Source: Escherichia phage vB_EcoM_HZ_ZJUN4
Direction: 5' to 3' (one strand)
Sequence record: PP216085
Length of the DNA stretch: 64,000 bases
The translations under genes were made by a program, and so were the position numbers. Position 1 is the stretch's first letter, and the number at the start of each line of letters is the position of its first letter. Below are positions 29,906 to 40,328 of the stretch, piece after piece. The notes beneath the pieces are model-generated. The model saw only the letters and a list, made by a program, of their open reading frames with translations. It was not told where the DNA came from and ran no database searches.

Positions 29906-31678
29906 TTAATTAACTCCAGTCGCATCAAATACACCAGGAGCAGTCGTGCTCGTTACGGGTGTCATATTATGAACGACAGTATTTTTCTTAACAACATTAT
30001 TAGTATTATTGATCGAAGGAGATGCTTGTTGAACAGGAGCTTGCTGTGCTTTGTTCTTTTCTATTACCTGGACTTGTTTTGCTTCTGGCGATTTAGCAGA
30101 AGTTTCAGGTTTGGCATTAGGCTGATTTTTCTTGAGCTCTTGATAAGTAGCATCAATTTTAGAAAATCTAGCAGCAAGTTCTTTTTTAACTGCCGGTGAA
30201 TTATTTAAATCCGGGTCATCCATCCGTTTTTTAAGGTCTTCATAGGCAGCTTCAACTGATTTAACCGTTGAGTCTTTACTCATATCAGCTGAATCAGCAT
30301 ATTTTTCAAAGCGAATCATTGCGGCACGGGCTTCATTAGCCTTCATTAAAGCATTTTTTCTTTCTTCAGGTGAAAGTTGCTTTAATTTTTCTTCTTCCGC
30401 TGCACGTTCTTCGTCGGTAGTTAGTGCTTCTTTATTATCAACGCCACGAATCCAGTTAGATGCACGAGTTTTCCAATTAGCAATTTTATCTAATCCTTTT
30501 GCTATCGGACCAAGGTCTCCGTTCATTCGTTTATCTTGATAATTTGCAACTTTTTCCTGGTCTTCTTTATTGAGAGATGCTCCAGTAGAATTTTGGAAAT
30601 TTTCTAGTGCTCTTCCTTCTACTTCATCAGCAGTATCCTTCATACCAGGAATGACTCGAAGAATTGCCGCAGATAATTTAGCCATACCTAATTGAATAAG
30701 TTCTCCTAAATTATAAAGAACCTTTCCAAGCCCTTCTACAATAGCTACCGTCAAACCGCCCCAATCTCCCTCTTCCCAGAATTTTTTAATTTCATCAATA
30801 GAACTAAAGATGCTCTGTAATAAAGGACCCCATGTTCCGGTTTCGCTAGAGAATTTAGTAAAGTCTGTACTGAACAAATCCCAAGCCTGTGAAAATTTAT
30901 CTGACCAATATTTAAAGTGAACCATCAGCAGGTCTATTCCGACAACAACAGCCAATATCATTGCTGTCATTTTAGCAGCTTCAATAGCAGCACTGACTGT
31001 ATACTTAAATAACATGCTTGATATTTTATCAGTAATTGAAATGGATTTCTTAAATCCAAAATCAACAGTCTTTGTTAATTTATCTAAAGCTTGAGATAAT
31101 TTTAAGTTAAATGCGTCTTTTTTCTGTTTTTCTTCTGGCGATTCTTGTTTTGGTTCAACTGGCTGAGGGGTAGGGAAAAAATCAGCATCAGGATCATTAT
31201 TAACTGCTTCAGGAGCCGGTAATAAAGGACCCACAGATTCAGCTGTATCGTCCTCAACAACTTTAACAGGAATAGCGCTTTCAACCGTAGCTAAACTAGT
31301 TCCTGTTTGTTGAATTCCGGCTGTCTGAATTTTTTGCTCTAGTAAACTTGTTAATTTATCTAATTTGCTCCCGAGTGATTCACCGATTTCTTTATTAATA
31401 TTATTGCCAATTTCGACAGTTTCAGCAATTAACTCAGAACCAGCAGTAGTATCACTCACTGCGCTTTCTACGTTGTCAATTGCTCCAATTATTTCATTCG
31501 ATTTTTCTTCGACAGTTTGAGCAATTAATTCAGAAGCAGCTTGAGCATCATCCAATTTCGTAGATATATCGTTAAGTCCAGATAAAGTGTTGGAAGCGGA
31601 TTTAGCCGCTTCCTGTGTTGGTTTATTATCTGAAATAACTTTTCTACGCATCGTTTGCATTTCTTGTGGCTTTTTCAT
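29906..31678 (-). CDS. 29: gp29 tail tape-measure/baseplate hub protein, 590 aa
   Basis: [46 protein letters not shown]...; 590 aa as in T4. Confidence 0.95.
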   Translation of the reverse strand: MKKPQEMQTMRRKVISDNKPTQEAAKSASNTLSGLNDISTKLDDAQAASELIAQTVEEKSNEIIGAIDNVESAVSDTTAGSELIAETVEIGNNINKEIGESLGSKLDKLTSLLEQKIQTAGIQQTGTSLATVESAIPVKVVEDDTAESVGPLLPAPEAVNNDPDADFFPTPQPVEPKQESPEEKQKKDAFNLKLSQALDKLTKTVDFGFKKSISITDKISSMLFKYTVSAAIEAAKMTAMILAVVVGIDLLMVHFKYWSDKFSQAWDLFSTDFTKFSSETGTWGPLLQSIFSSIDEIKKFWEEGDWGGLTVAIVEGLGKVLYNLGELIQLGMAKLSAAILRVIPGMKDTADEVEGRALENFQNSTGASLNKEDQEKVANYQDKRMNGDLGPIAKGLDKIANWKTRASNWIRGVDNKEALTTDEERAAEEEKLKQLSPEERKNALMKANEARAAMIRFEKYADSADMSKDSTVKSVEAAYEDLKKRMDDPDLNNSPAVKKELAARFSKIDATYQELKKNQPNAKPETSAKSPEAKQVQVIEKNKAQQAPVQQASPSINNTNNVVKKNTVVHNMTPVTSTTAPGVFDATGVN

Positions 31679-32208
31679 TCAAATAATCCAATAATATTGC
31701 CAATTCCGGTTATTGGACCATTAGGGCCAGGAATTGCTAAAGTTGTAAAAATATCATTTGCCCATTTTAAAACGAATGCTGGCATCTCAAGAAAATTAAT
31801 TTCTTTAACTTCATCATTGACCTTAAGCAAGCACTTGGATAACATATCGCTCACCGTTAAAAATTGTTCAAATTTTCCAGGAGGTCTAAAATAAAATGTA
31901 TTTCCTTGGTATTGAAATTCCAATCTTTGGCATACATAAACATCATTAATGTCATAAGTATAACCATCTATTTCTTTACGAGATTTAATCTTTCCATTAA
32001 ATTCCAATAAATGAATAGAAACGAAATCAACTTCTGCCGGTGATAAATTTGGACAAATAGAATCGATCAAAAGTTTTAAATTTTCATCGGGTCCTTTAAC
32101 ATCTTTTAAAATGTTATAATGTTTAAGACCCATTTTAGGAATAGAAACTTCTTTATTGCTTATTGGAAGAACTACTTTCTTCAGTGGTAGTATCAGATTT
32201 AAATTCAT
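31675..32208 (-). CDS. 28: gp28 baseplate hub distal subunit, 177 aa
   Basis: Size and position match T4 gp28; overlaps gp29 start. Confidence 0.9.
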   Translation of the reverse strand: MNLNLILPLKKVVLPISNKEVSIPKMGLKHYNILKDVKGPDENLKLLIDSICPNLSPAEVDFVSIHLLEFNGKIKSRKEIDGYTYDINDVYVCQRLEFQYQGNTFYFRPPGKFEQFLTVSDMLSKCLLKVNDEVKEINFLEMPAFVLKWANDIFTTLAIPGPNGPITGIGNIIGLFE

Positions 32209-33328
32209 TTTTAACCTTAACTGGGTCTATTGTTTCCAGTTTCGTTGCATTAGTGAACATATATAGATGAGTTACTGAATTATTATTGGATAATTCGTGG
32301 ATAACTTCATCAACGTAAAATTCTGTTTTAAATTGGTTTTTACTATCATTAAAAATAATTTTAACGCCAGGTGTCAAGTTAAAATTACCGACAGTAGAAC
32401 ATTTAGCATAGCCATCGTATTGTGCCATAGTTTGAAGACGAATAGCTTCTTCATATCCATTCCTATAAGTCATTTCAGAATAAGCACCTGACCTTGACAC
32501 TACAATAGAGTTTTCGCCTTTTCCTGTAGTAATCATTGGCAATGAAGAATCTAAAAATGAATGCGCATAGATAGTAGCATTTTTCATTGGGTCACGTTTG
32601 TGAGGATTCGATTTAGTCAACCAAACGAAATCATACGCTAATGGATATTTTAATTCTTGGATGAATTGACCTATTAAAGATGGCTCACCGACAATCATTG
32701 GATATGGTTCTTGATTTATCATCATGTCATAGTCCATCATGTTAACTCCCATGATGTCTTGCCACACAAATACAAATTTGTCACTTCCTACAGCTAGAGC
32801 AACTTCTCTGACATACGACAAATAGTTTTCAAATGTACTAGTCCACGGAATATCAGGAACATAAGCATTTATAGCATTTATCGCTGGAGTTAATAGCGTG
32901 CGGTCTTGATAAATGACACCAAGCATTTCCTTTATAGATTCACCTGCATCAGGGAAAAACGGTCTGCCAAATTTAAGATTTTCTATAGAATGAATAGTTC
33001 CCAATTCAATAGCAATGATGTTATCACCTTTTGAATCTACTGACACTGAAAAATGCTTACATCCATAAATTCTTGTTTTAACATTATTAATATCGTTTGC
33101 ATTAGCTACAGAAATCTGAATTATTTCATTTCCATCCATTTTTGTATGGATATTTTTAGAATCATAAAACTGCAGCATTCCTTCATTTCGGCCATAAAGA
33201 GAATCCCGCATAGTTAATGTGGTAATAGTAGCAGCTAATTCAACAAATCTATTATTACTCCAAGCGTCGTAGCTATCAAATAATTTAACGCTGAGATTTG
33301 GATATCCTGGGCGTTGCAACATACTCAT
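32153..33328 (-). CDS. 27: gp27 baseplate hub subunit, 391 aa
   Basis: 391 aa, position between 28 and 51. Confidence 0.93.
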   Translation of the reverse strand: MSMLQRPGYPNLSVKLFDSYDAWSNNRFVELAATITTLTMRDSLYGRNEGMLQFYDSKNIHTKMDGNEIIQISVANANDINNVKTRIYGCKHFSVSVDSKGDNIIAIELGTIHSIENLKFGRPFFPDAGESIKEMLGVIYQDRTLLTPAINAINAYVPDIPWTSTFENYLSYVREVALAVGSDKFVFVWQDIMGVNMMDYDMMINQEPYPMIVGEPSLIGQFIQELKYPLAYDFVWLTKSNPHKRDPMKNATIYAHSFLDSSLPMITTGKGENSIVVSRSGAYSEMTYRNGYEEAIRLQTMAQYDGYAKCSTVGNFNLTPGVKIIFNDSKNQFKTEFYVDEVIHELSNNNSVTHLYMFTNATKLETIDPVKVKNEFKSDTTTEESSSSNKQ

Positions 33329-34077
33329 TATTGTTTATCCTTCTCAATCAGTTTTAATACGAATCCGCGCTCAGCAGGAATCATTTTCATTATTGAATTT
33401 AAGCTATAATTACTTTTTACGAGCGTGTGATTAATTTGATAAAAAGTAAATATTTCATCTGGGTTAACTAATAGCTTAAACACATCTACTATATCAGTGT
33501 ATTTTTTTACATACTTATCACAGCAGGACATATGTAGCGTTAAATTAATAGGATTCATTGCATCGAGAATTTTTTCTAATGTTTCTATCTCGATGGCGTC
33601 AACAAGTTCTATTTGACTTGATTCACTAATTTCCTTCCAATCATACCATGTTTCATCTACTTGAACAGAATGAATATTTTCAGTAATCATCTTCGCTTTA
33701 TTTTCATAAAACTCAGAAGGAAACTTTAATTTAATTTTAACATTAGCTACATCAAAAACAGGTTCCTTTAATTCTTTTTGATATATTTCAAATGGAACTG
33801 TCTTTTCTTTTTTACATTTTGGACATACAAATGTGACCGGTACTTTAGTTTTACCTATTGACCCTACAAATACCTGCAAAAATATAAATGGTTGCCAAGT
33901 CTTCGGATAGTCTCCAAAATAATCAGCAATTAAATCAGCAATTATTTCTTTTTGTTCTTGTGGTGACCGATGTTCTATATCGTTTCGAACTAACAAAAAA
34001 TCTCGATAATCTTCTACCGTAAATGGTTTAAAACGATGAACACCATCTGGTAATTTACAACGAATAATGTTTGCCAT
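33328..34077 (-). CDS. 51: gp51 baseplate hub assembly catalyst, 249 aa
   Basis: 249 aa; divergent to gene 26 across late promoter palindrome. Confidence 0.9.
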   Translation of the reverse strand: MANIIRCKLPDGVHRFKPFTVEDYRDFLLVRNDIEHRSPQEQKEIIADLIADYFGDYPKTWQPFIFLQVFVGSIGKTKVPVTFVCPKCKKEKTVPFEIYQKELKEPVFDVANVKIKLKFPSEFYENKAKMITENIHSVQVDETWYDWKEISESSQIELVDAIEIETLEKILDAMNPINLTLHMSCCDKYVKKYTDIVDVFKLLVNPDEIFTFYQINHTLVKSNYSLNSIMKMIPAERGFVLKLIEKDKQ

Positions 34078-34094
34078 AGATGCTCCTTTTATTC

Positions 34095-34106
34095 TATTTA
34101 TAAATA
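34095..34106. promoter_or_regulatory. palindromic divergent late promoters (TATTTATAAATA) for genes 51 (-) and 26 (+)
   Basis: 12-mer palindrome contains TATAAATA on both strands, 22 nt upstream of gene 26 ATG and 18 nt upstream of gene 51 start. Confidence 0.6.
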
Positions 34107-34127
34107 TGATAAATAAAGGAGCTAAAT

Positions 34128-34754
34128 ATGTATGAATACAAATTTGGCGTGAGAGTTGGTTCTAAAATAATCAACTGTCGCGCATTTACTCTTAAAGAAT
34201 ATCTAGAACTTATTACTGCTAAAAAGAACGGTTCAGTAGAAGAGATCGTTAAAAAGCTAATCAAAGACTGTACAAATGCAAAAGATTTAAACCGCCAAGA
34301 ATCAGAACTCTTGTTGATTCATTTATGGGCACATTCTCTTGGGGAAGTTAATCACGAAAACTCCTGGAAGTGCACCTGTGGAACTGAAATACCAACCCAT
34401 ATAAATCTATTACATACGCAAATAGATGCACCAGAAGACCTCTGGTATACACTGGGTGACATTAAAATTAAGTTCCATTACCCTAAAATTTTTGATGATA
34501 AAAATATAGCCCACATGATAGTATCATGTATAGAAACGATTCATGCTAACGGTGAAAGCATTCCAATTGAAGACTTAAATGAAAAAGAGTTGGAAGATTT
34601 ATATTCTATCATCACAGAGTCAGATATTGTAGCTATAAAAGATATGCTTTTAAAGCCTACTGTTTATTTGGCTGTTCCAATTAAATGTCCAGAGTGTGGA
34701 AAATCTCACGCTCACGTAATAAGAGGACTCAAAGAATTCTTTGAGCTATTGTAA
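34128..34754 (+). CDS. 26: gp26 baseplate hub subunit, 208 aa
   Basis: 208 aa as in T4; AAGGAG RBS. Confidence 0.9.
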   Translation: MYEYKFGVRVGSKIINCRAFTLKEYLELITAKKNGSVEEIVKKLIKDCTNAKDLNRQESELLLIHLWAHSLGEVNHENSWKCTCGTEIPTHINLLHTQIDAPEDLWYTLGDIKIKFHYPKIFDDKNIAHMIVSCIETIHANGESIPIEDLNEKELEDLYSIITESDIVAIKDMLLKPTVYLAVPIKCPECGKSHAHVIRGLKEFFELL

Positions 34755-35152
34755 TGGCAAATATTAATAAGCTTTATTCTGACATTGACCCAGAAATGAA
34801 AATGGATTGGAACAAAGATGTTTCTAGATCTCTTGGATTAAGGTCAATTAAAAATAGCCTTTTGGGAATTATTACAACCAGAAAAGGGTCAAGACCTTTT
34901 GACCCAGAATTTGGATGCGATTTATCTGATCAGCTTTTTGAGAATATGACTCCTCTTACTGCTGATACAGTTGAGCGTAACATCGAAAGCGCAGTAAGAA
35001 ACTACGAGCCACGTATTGATAAATTAGCAGTTAATGTAATACCAGTTTATGATGATTATACTTTGATAGTAGAAATACGCTTTTCGGTCATCGATAACCC
35101 TGATGATATTGAACAGATAAAACTACAACTGGCTTCCAGTAATAGAGTATAA
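34754..35152 (+). CDS. 25: gp25 baseplate wedge subunit (lysozyme-like fold), 132 aa
   Basis: [54 protein letters not shown]... matches T4 gp25. Confidence 0.93.
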   Translation: MANINKLYSDIDPEMKMDWNKDVSRSLGLRSIKNSLLGIITTRKGSRPFDPEFGCDLSDQLFENMTPLTADTVERNIESAVRNYEPRIDKLAVNVIPVYDDYTLIVEIRFSVIDNPDDIEQIKLQLASSNRV

Positions 35153-35179
35153 TGCTTCACGTATAAACGTGGTATAATG
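35152..35179 (+). promoter_or_regulatory. MotA-dependent middle promoter for uvsY
   Basis: MotA box AATGCTTCA at 35152-35160, 13 nt gap, -10 TATAAT at 35174-35179. Confidence 0.6.
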
Positions 35180-35218
35180 AATCTAAGTCCATCCAATAAC
35201 AATTGAATAGAGAACAAT

Positions 35219-35632
35219 ATGAGATTAGAAGATCTTCAAGAAGAATTGAAGAAAGATGTGTTTATAGATTCGACTAAATTACAGTATGAAGCAGCTAATA
35301 ATGTGATGTTATATAGTAAATGGCTTAATAAGCATTCAAGTATTAAAAAGGAAATGCTTAGAATTGAAGCACAGAAAAAAGTTGCTCTTAAAGCTAAATT
35401 AGACTACTACTCGGGACGAGGAGATGGTGATGAATTTAGTATGGATCGTTATGAAAAATCAGAAATGAAGACAGTTCTATCAGCTGATAAGGATGTTTTA
35501 AAAGTTGATACTTCATTACAATATTGGGGAATTTTATTGGATTTCTGTAGCGGAGCTCTTGATGCTATTAAATCACGTGGATTTGCTATTAAGCATATTC
35601 AAGACATGCGAGCATTTGAGGCTGGAAAATAA
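35219..35632 (+). CDS. uvsY: UvsY recombination mediator, 137 aa
   Basis: MRLEDLQEELKKDVFIDSTKLQYEAANNVMLYSKWLNKH... matches T4 UvsY. Confidence 0.95.
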   Translation: MRLEDLQEELKKDVFIDSTKLQYEAANNVMLYSKWLNKHSSIKKEMLRIEAQKKVALKAKLDYYSGRGDGDEFSMDRYEKSEMKTVLSADKDVLKVDTSLQYWGILLDFCSGALDAIKSRGFAIKHIQDMRAFEAGK

Positions 35633-35856
35633 TGAAATATAGCATTGATGATGCTTTTAATTATGAAGAAGAATTCGAAACGGAAATTCAATTTTTAATG
35701 AAAAAGTATAATCTCAAGCGTCAGGATATTCGTATCCTGGCCGACCACCCATGCGGTGAAGATGTACTTTATATTAAAGGAAAATTTGCCGGATATCTTG
35801 ATGAATATTTTTATTCTAAAGATATGGGCATTGATATGCATATGAGAGTTATATAA
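35632..35856 (+). CDS. hypothetical protein, 74 aa (uvsY.-1 position)
   Basis: ORF coupled to uvsY stop (TAATG). Confidence 0.6.
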   Translation: MKYSIDDAFNYEEEFETEIQFLMKKYNLKRQDIRILADHPCGEDVLYIKGKFAGYLDEYFYSKDMGIDMHMRVI

Positions 35857-35884
35857 ATAGATATATAATTTAGAGGAGACAATC

Positions 35885-36052
35885 ATGTCAGATAAGATTT
35901 GTGTTGTCTGTAAAACTCCAATCGATTCTGCATTGGTTGTTGAAACAGACAAAGGTCCTGTACATCCTGGGCCTTGCTATAATTACATTAAAGAACTACC
36001 AGTTTCAGAAAGTTCGGAAGAACAATTAAATGAAACACAACTTTTGCTATAG
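35885..36052 (+). CDS. small Cys-containing protein, 55 aa (uvsY.-2 position)
   Basis: MSDKICVVCKTPIDSALVVETDKGPVHPGPCYNY...; GGAGA RBS; below the 60-aa cutoff of the ORF track. Confidence 0.5.
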   Translation: MSDKICVVCKTPIDSALVVETDKGPVHPGPCYNYIKELPVSESSEEQLNETQLLL

Positions 36053-36075
36053 TGTGACCTTTAGTCTATAGTTTT

Positions 36076-36104
36076 GGCCCTTCCTTTTTGGTTGGGCCTT
36101 TTTT
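36076..36104 (+). terminator. terminator between convergent uvsY operon and uvsW.1
   Basis: GGCCC ... GGGCC stem followed by TTTTTT. Confidence 0.5.
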
Positions 36105-36107
36105 AAT

Positions 36108-36350
36108 TTAAAAGCTTTCTTCTACTTCATCGTCTGAATCTTCTAATTCAGCTCTTTTTCCTGCCAAAGCATCTCTGACTGAGATGTCATCAGTATCTTT
36201 TAATTCAGTTTCTTTAACTCTTTTCTTATAATAAGCTTCAAGTTCTTCTAGACCTTCTAATGTTTGGCAAGAGGCAATTTTACCCATAAATTCATCAATA
36301 GAAGCTTCATAAAGAAATTGTTTAAATTCTAGTAACATCTTTTTCTCCAA
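36108..36350 (-). CDS. uvsW.1: UvsW.1 small acidic protein, 80 aa
   Basis: ORF immediately downstream of uvsW on the same strand. Confidence 0.7.
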   Translation of the reverse strand: MEKKMLLEFKQFLYEASIDEFMGKIASCQTLEGLEELEAYYKKRVKETELKDTDDISVRDALAGKRAELEDSDDEVEESF

Positions 36351-36363
36351 AGGGCCGAAGCCC

Positions 36364-37875
36364 TTATAAATTAACTGTTTTCATTACGTAATTAAATTTT
36401 TCATCTGCGTAGCGCTGAATACGATCAATGCCGTGTTTTAAAAGATAGTTCAAATGAACATATTTCTTTTTCGTATTAGCAGATTTTGGCTTGACGCCAC
36501 AATCATCAATGAGGTCCCAGACCGTTGCGATTGTTTTAGAACCATGCTTACGTAATACACGACCTATTGTTTGCAATACAATAATTTTAGATTTAACACC
36601 GTGCGCTAAAACAACGTGATGCAGATTTTTAACTGAAATACCAGTAGAAAATACACCATAACTAGCTACTATAATTATTCCTTTACCGTTTTCAGCTAAG
36701 GTTTTCATTACATTGCGAGTTTCGGTATCAACTTCCCCCGATACGTAATAAACTTTATCGTATTCATTTTTAATTAAATCGAAAATAGCTTTACCATGTG
36801 ATACATGTTTAAACATGACAAAAGCGTTTTCATCTTTTTGTGCAAGTTTAATAGCTAATTTAGCGATCCATTTATTTCTTTTACTGAGCCCAGTAATAAT
36901 TTTTATTTCTTCTTGGTAAGTTTTTCCCTTTAATTTAGTAGTGAACTCATCAGGATAACGAAGAAAAATACTATTAATTTTTAGCTCAGTTACTTGTCCA
37001 TCTTCCATTAATTTAGAAGTCGTTACTGGCTTAAATATTTCACCAAACATTCCAACATACTGCATGATATTAGCTTTGCCATCACGTAATGAACCTGATA
37101 GACCAAATTTGAACATGCAGTTATTTAAACCTGATATGATAGATGAAATACTTTTTCCTGTGGCAAGATGGCATTCATCATTCATCATCATTCCAAACTG
37201 TGAGAACCATTCTTTTGGTTGTTTTACTACAGTTTGCCATGTACCAACAATTACCGGTGCATCATTTTTATATTTATCATCTTTTGATGCTCCACCACCG
37301 ATTTTCTTTATCATTGCATGACTGAATAAACGATAGTCAACAAAGTCATCAGCCATCTGAGTTGTCAGAGCAGTTGTTGGAACAATGATAAGAATTTTAC
37401 CTTCATAATTTTCCAAATAATAACGTGCAAGCAAAGCTTGAATTAAAGATTTACCTGCGGATGTTGGAAGATTAAGAATTCTACGACGATTAACTAATCC
37501 TTCGAACACTGCATCTTTTTGATACCAGTGTGGTTCAATTCTTTTATTTCCTGAATAGATTTCTAACTTAGAAAGCCATTCATCAAAATCTTTTCTTGAT
37601 AATTCTTCTTTTTCGTTAATTTGCGGGTCAATCCAAGCTTTATAGCCAAAGTTATCGCAGAACTTTTTAATTTGCCCAACTAAGCCGAATGGAAGAAGGC
37701 GATTATAATCTAAAAGACGGATTCGTCCATCCCAGTGACCATATTTGTATTTCGGATTAAAACGATACCCATCAGCTTCAAAGCTAAAGAAATCACGGAG
37801 TTCATGAAATGTACTTTCTTCACAATCAATTCTCACGTGACTAAAATCATAAAAATGTACTTTAATGTCAGTCAT
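36364..37875 (-). CDS. uvsW: UvsW SF2 DNA/RNA helicase, 503 aa
   Basis: Walker A LPTSAGKS, DECH box (MMMNDECHLA), helicase motif VI QTIGRVLR; matches T4 UvsW. Confidence 0.96.
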   Translation of the reverse strand: MTDIKVHFYDFSHVRIDCEESTFHELRDFFSFEADGYRFNPKYKYGHWDGRIRLLDYNRLLPFGLVGQIKKFCDNFGYKAWIDPQINEKEELSRKDFDEWLSKLEIYSGNKRIEPHWYQKDAVFEGLVNRRRILNLPTSAGKSLIQALLARYYLENYEGKILIIVPTTALTTQMADDFVDYRLFSHAMIKKIGGGASKDDKYKNDAPVIVGTWQTVVKQPKEWFSQFGMMMNDECHLATGKSISSIISGLNNCMFKFGLSGSLRDGKANIMQYVGMFGEIFKPVTTSKLMEDGQVTELKINSIFLRYPDEFTTKLKGKTYQEEIKIITGLSKRNKWIAKLAIKLAQKDENAFVMFKHVSHGKAIFDLIKNEYDKVYYVSGEVDTETRNVMKTLAENGKGIIIVASYGVFSTGISVKNLHHVVLAHGVKSKIIVLQTIGRVLRKHGSKTIATVWDLIDDCGVKPKSANTKKKYVHLNYLLKHGIDRIQRYADEKFNYVMKTVNL

Positions 37876-37904
37876 GTCTAAATACCATGTAATAAATATA
37901 TCTA

Positions 37905-37912
37905 TATTTATA
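37905..37912 (-). promoter_or_regulatory. late promoter (TATAAATA on - strand) for uvsW
   Basis: + strand TATTTATA 30 nt upstream of uvsW start. Confidence 0.55.
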
Positions 37913-37925
37913 CTGAGGAAATATT

Positions 37926-38606
37926 ATGATAGATAAAGATTATATTGCAGAGCTGAAGGCTCTTGATGATAATAAAGAAGCTAAAGCTAAATTAGCTGAA
38001 TATGCTGAACAGTTTGGTATAAAGGTCAAAAAGAATAAATCTTTTGATAATATCGTTATTGATATTGAAGAAGCCCTCCAGAAGCTCGCTAGTGAACCTA
38101 TGCCAGAGACTGATGGGTTATCTATTAAAGACTTAATCAATGCTGCTGATGCTGCAGAGGGATTAAAATATGACGATGAAGAGGTCAATCCAGAAGCAGC
38201 ACTTCTGATTGATTCTCCGGTTAAATCTGATATTAAAATTGAAGTAGTAGAAACGGATAAAATTCCTGAAAATACCGATGTTTTGATTGAAGATACTCCT
38301 TTTGTTGAAGAAAAATTCGAACAGGCTGTAGCTGAGATTATTGAATCTGAAAAACCGTCTGTATTTACTCTTCCGGAAAACTTTAGTCCGAATCTTCAGC
38401 TGATTGGAAAAAATCCAGGATTCTGCACTGTTCCTTGGTGGATTTACCAGTGGATTGCTGAAACTCCGGATTGGAAATCTCACCCAACTAGTTTTGAACA
38501 CGCGTCGGCACATCAAACTTTATTTAGCTTAATTTACTACATTAATCGTGACGGATCAGTTCTAATTCGTGAAACACGTAATTCTTCTTTCGTAACATTA
38601 AAATAA
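37926..38606 (+). CDS. inh: Inh inhibitor of prohead protease gp21, 226 aa
   Basis: MIDKDYIAELKALDDNKEAKAKLAEYAEQFGIK...; size and position match T4 inh. Confidence 0.85.
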   Translation: MIDKDYIAELKALDDNKEAKAKLAEYAEQFGIKVKKNKSFDNIVIDIEEALQKLASEPMPETDGLSIKDLINAADAAEGLKYDDEEVNPEAALLIDSPVKSDIKIEVVETDKIPENTDVLIEDTPFVEEKFEQAVAEIIESEKPSVFTLPENFSPNLQLIGKNPGFCTVPWWIYQWIAETPDWKSHPTSFEHASAHQTLFSLIYYINRDGSVLIRETRNSSFVTLK

Positions 38607-38615
38607 GGATAACTT

Positions 38616-39749
38616 ATGGCTTTTACAGTTGATATAACTCCTAAAACACCTACTGGAGTTATAGATCAGACTCAGCAGTTTACTGCTACACCCAGTGGTG
38701 AAACTGGAGGTGGAACTATTACCTATGCTTGGACTGTAGATAATGTTCCACAAGATGGGGCTGAAGCAACTTTTAGTTATGTACTAAAAGGACCTGCCGG
38801 TCAAAAGACTATTAAGGTGGTTGCAACAAATACAATTCCAGATACTGATGCTGAAACAGCAGAAGCTACTACAACTATTACAGTTCAAAACAAGACACAG
38901 ACAACTACCTTAGCTGTAACTCCTGCTAGTCCTGCTGCTGGAGTAATTGGAACCCCAGTTCAATTTACTGCTGCCTTAGCTTCTCAACCATCAGGTGCAT
39001 CTGCTACGTATCAGTGGCATGTAGATGATTCTCCTGTGAGCGAAGCAACTAGTGCTACATTCAATTACACTCCTACTACAAGCGGAGTTAAAAAAATTAA
39101 GTGTGTAGCTCAAGTAACCGCGGCAGATTATGATGCACTGAGCGTTACTTCTAATGAAGTATCACTGACTGTTAATAAGAAGACAATGAATCCACAGGTT
39201 ACACTGACTCCTCCTTCTATTAATGTTCAGCAAGATGCTTCGGCTACATTTACTGCTAATGTTACTGGCGCACCTGACGCAGCACAAATTACTTACTCGT
39301 GGAAGAAAGATTCTTCTCCTGCAGAAGGGTCAACTAATGTATACACTGTTGATACATCATCTATTGGAAGTCAAACCATTGAAGTTACTGCAACTGTTAC
39401 TGCAACTGACTATGATAGCAAAACTATCACAGCAGAAGGTCAAGTTCAGGTAACTGATAAAGTTGTTGCTCCGGAACCAGAAGGTGAATTACCTTATGTT
39501 CATCCTCTTCCACATCGTACTTCAGCTTATATCTGGTGCGGTTGGTGGGTTATGGATGAAATCCAAAAAATGACTGAAGAAGGTAAAGATTGGAAAACTG
39601 AAGATCCAGATAGTAAGTACTACTTGCATCGTTACACTCTTCAGAAGATGATGAAAGACTATCCAGAAGTTGATGTTCAAGAATCACGTAATGGATACAT
39701 CATTCATAAAACTGCTTTAGAAACTGGTATCATCTATACCTATCCATAA
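38616..39749 (+). CDS. hoc: Hoc highly immunogenic outer capsid protein (Ig-like repeats), 377 aa
   Basis: Three T/S/V-rich Ig-like repeat units then C-terminal capsid-binding domain ...LPYVHPLPHR...GIIYTYP; matches T4 Hoc. Confidence 0.95.
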   Translation: MAFTVDITPKTPTGVIDQTQQFTATPSGETGGGTITYAWTVDNVPQDGAEATFSYVLKGPAGQKTIKVVATNTIPDTDAETAEATTTITVQNKTQTTTLAVTPASPAAGVIGTPVQFTAALASQPSGASATYQWHVDDSPVSEATSATFNYTPTTSGVKKIKCVAQVTAADYDALSVTSNEVSLTVNKKTMNPQVTLTPPSINVQQDASATFTANVTGAPDAAQITYSWKKDSSPAEGSTNVYTVDTSSIGSQTIEVTATVTATDYDSKTITAEGQVQVTDKVVAPEPEGELPYVHPLPHRTSAYIWCGWWVMDEIQKMTEEGKDWKTEDPDSKYYLHRYTLQKMMKDYPEVDVQESRNGYIIHKTALETGIIYTYP

Positions 39750-39754
39750 TCATA

Positions 39755-39776
39755 AGGGGCTTCGGCCCCTTTCTTC
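39755..39776 (+). terminator. rho-independent terminator after hoc
   Basis: AGGGGC-TTCG-GCCCCT followed by TTCTTCATTTT. Confidence 0.65.
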
Positions 39777-39838
39777 ATTTTGAAAGCACACAAAACACAA
39801 TCAGAAAACGATGTATATAATGGCACCAACTCGATAAC

Positions 39839-40054
39839 ATGAGATTGATTATGAGAACTGAGGTTGTGGTGTTTACACTCCATGAGTCTGGAAAGTCATT
39901 CATTGAAATTGCTCGTGAATTGAACTTACAGGCAAAGGAAGTGGCTGTATTATGGGCTCGAGCTATGACTGCTAAGAATAAATTTGAGACTCGAGAAAAA
40001 GTTGTCTATAGAAAAAGACATATTAATAAAAAGGTGAAAAATGGAACAGTATGA
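39839..40054 (+). CDS. hypothetical small helix-turn-helix-like protein, 71 aa (24.3-like position)
   Basis: ORF with HTH-like segment KSFIEIARELNLQAKEV; start may be a downstream Met. Confidence 0.5.
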   Translation: MRLIMRTEVVVFTLHESGKSFIEIARELNLQAKEVAVLWARAMTAKNKFETREKVVYRKRHINKKVKNGTV

Positions 40055-40319
40055 TCTTTATGAAAATGAATCTTTTGCTAATCAATTACGCGAAAAAGCA
40101 CTTAAAAGTAAACAGTTTAAACTAGAGTGTTTTATTAAAGATTTTTCGGAACTTGCTAATAAAGCAGCTGAACAAGGTAAAACATATTTTAGTTATTATT
40201 GCACTGCTCGCGATAAATTGATTACTGAAGAAATTGGTGATTGGCTGAGAAAAGAAGGATTTAGCTTTAAAGTCAATAGTGATCAGCGTGATGGTGATTG
40301 GTTAGAAATTACATTTTGA
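40041..40319 (+). CDS. hypothetical protein, 92 aa (24.2-like position)
   Basis: ORF with GGTGAAAAATG start context. Confidence 0.5.
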   Translation: MEQYDLYENESFANQLREKALKSKQFKLECFIKDFSELANKAAEQGKTYFSYYCTARDKLITEEIGDWLRKEGFSFKVNSDQRDGDWLEITF

Positions 40320-40328
40320 GGATTAATT

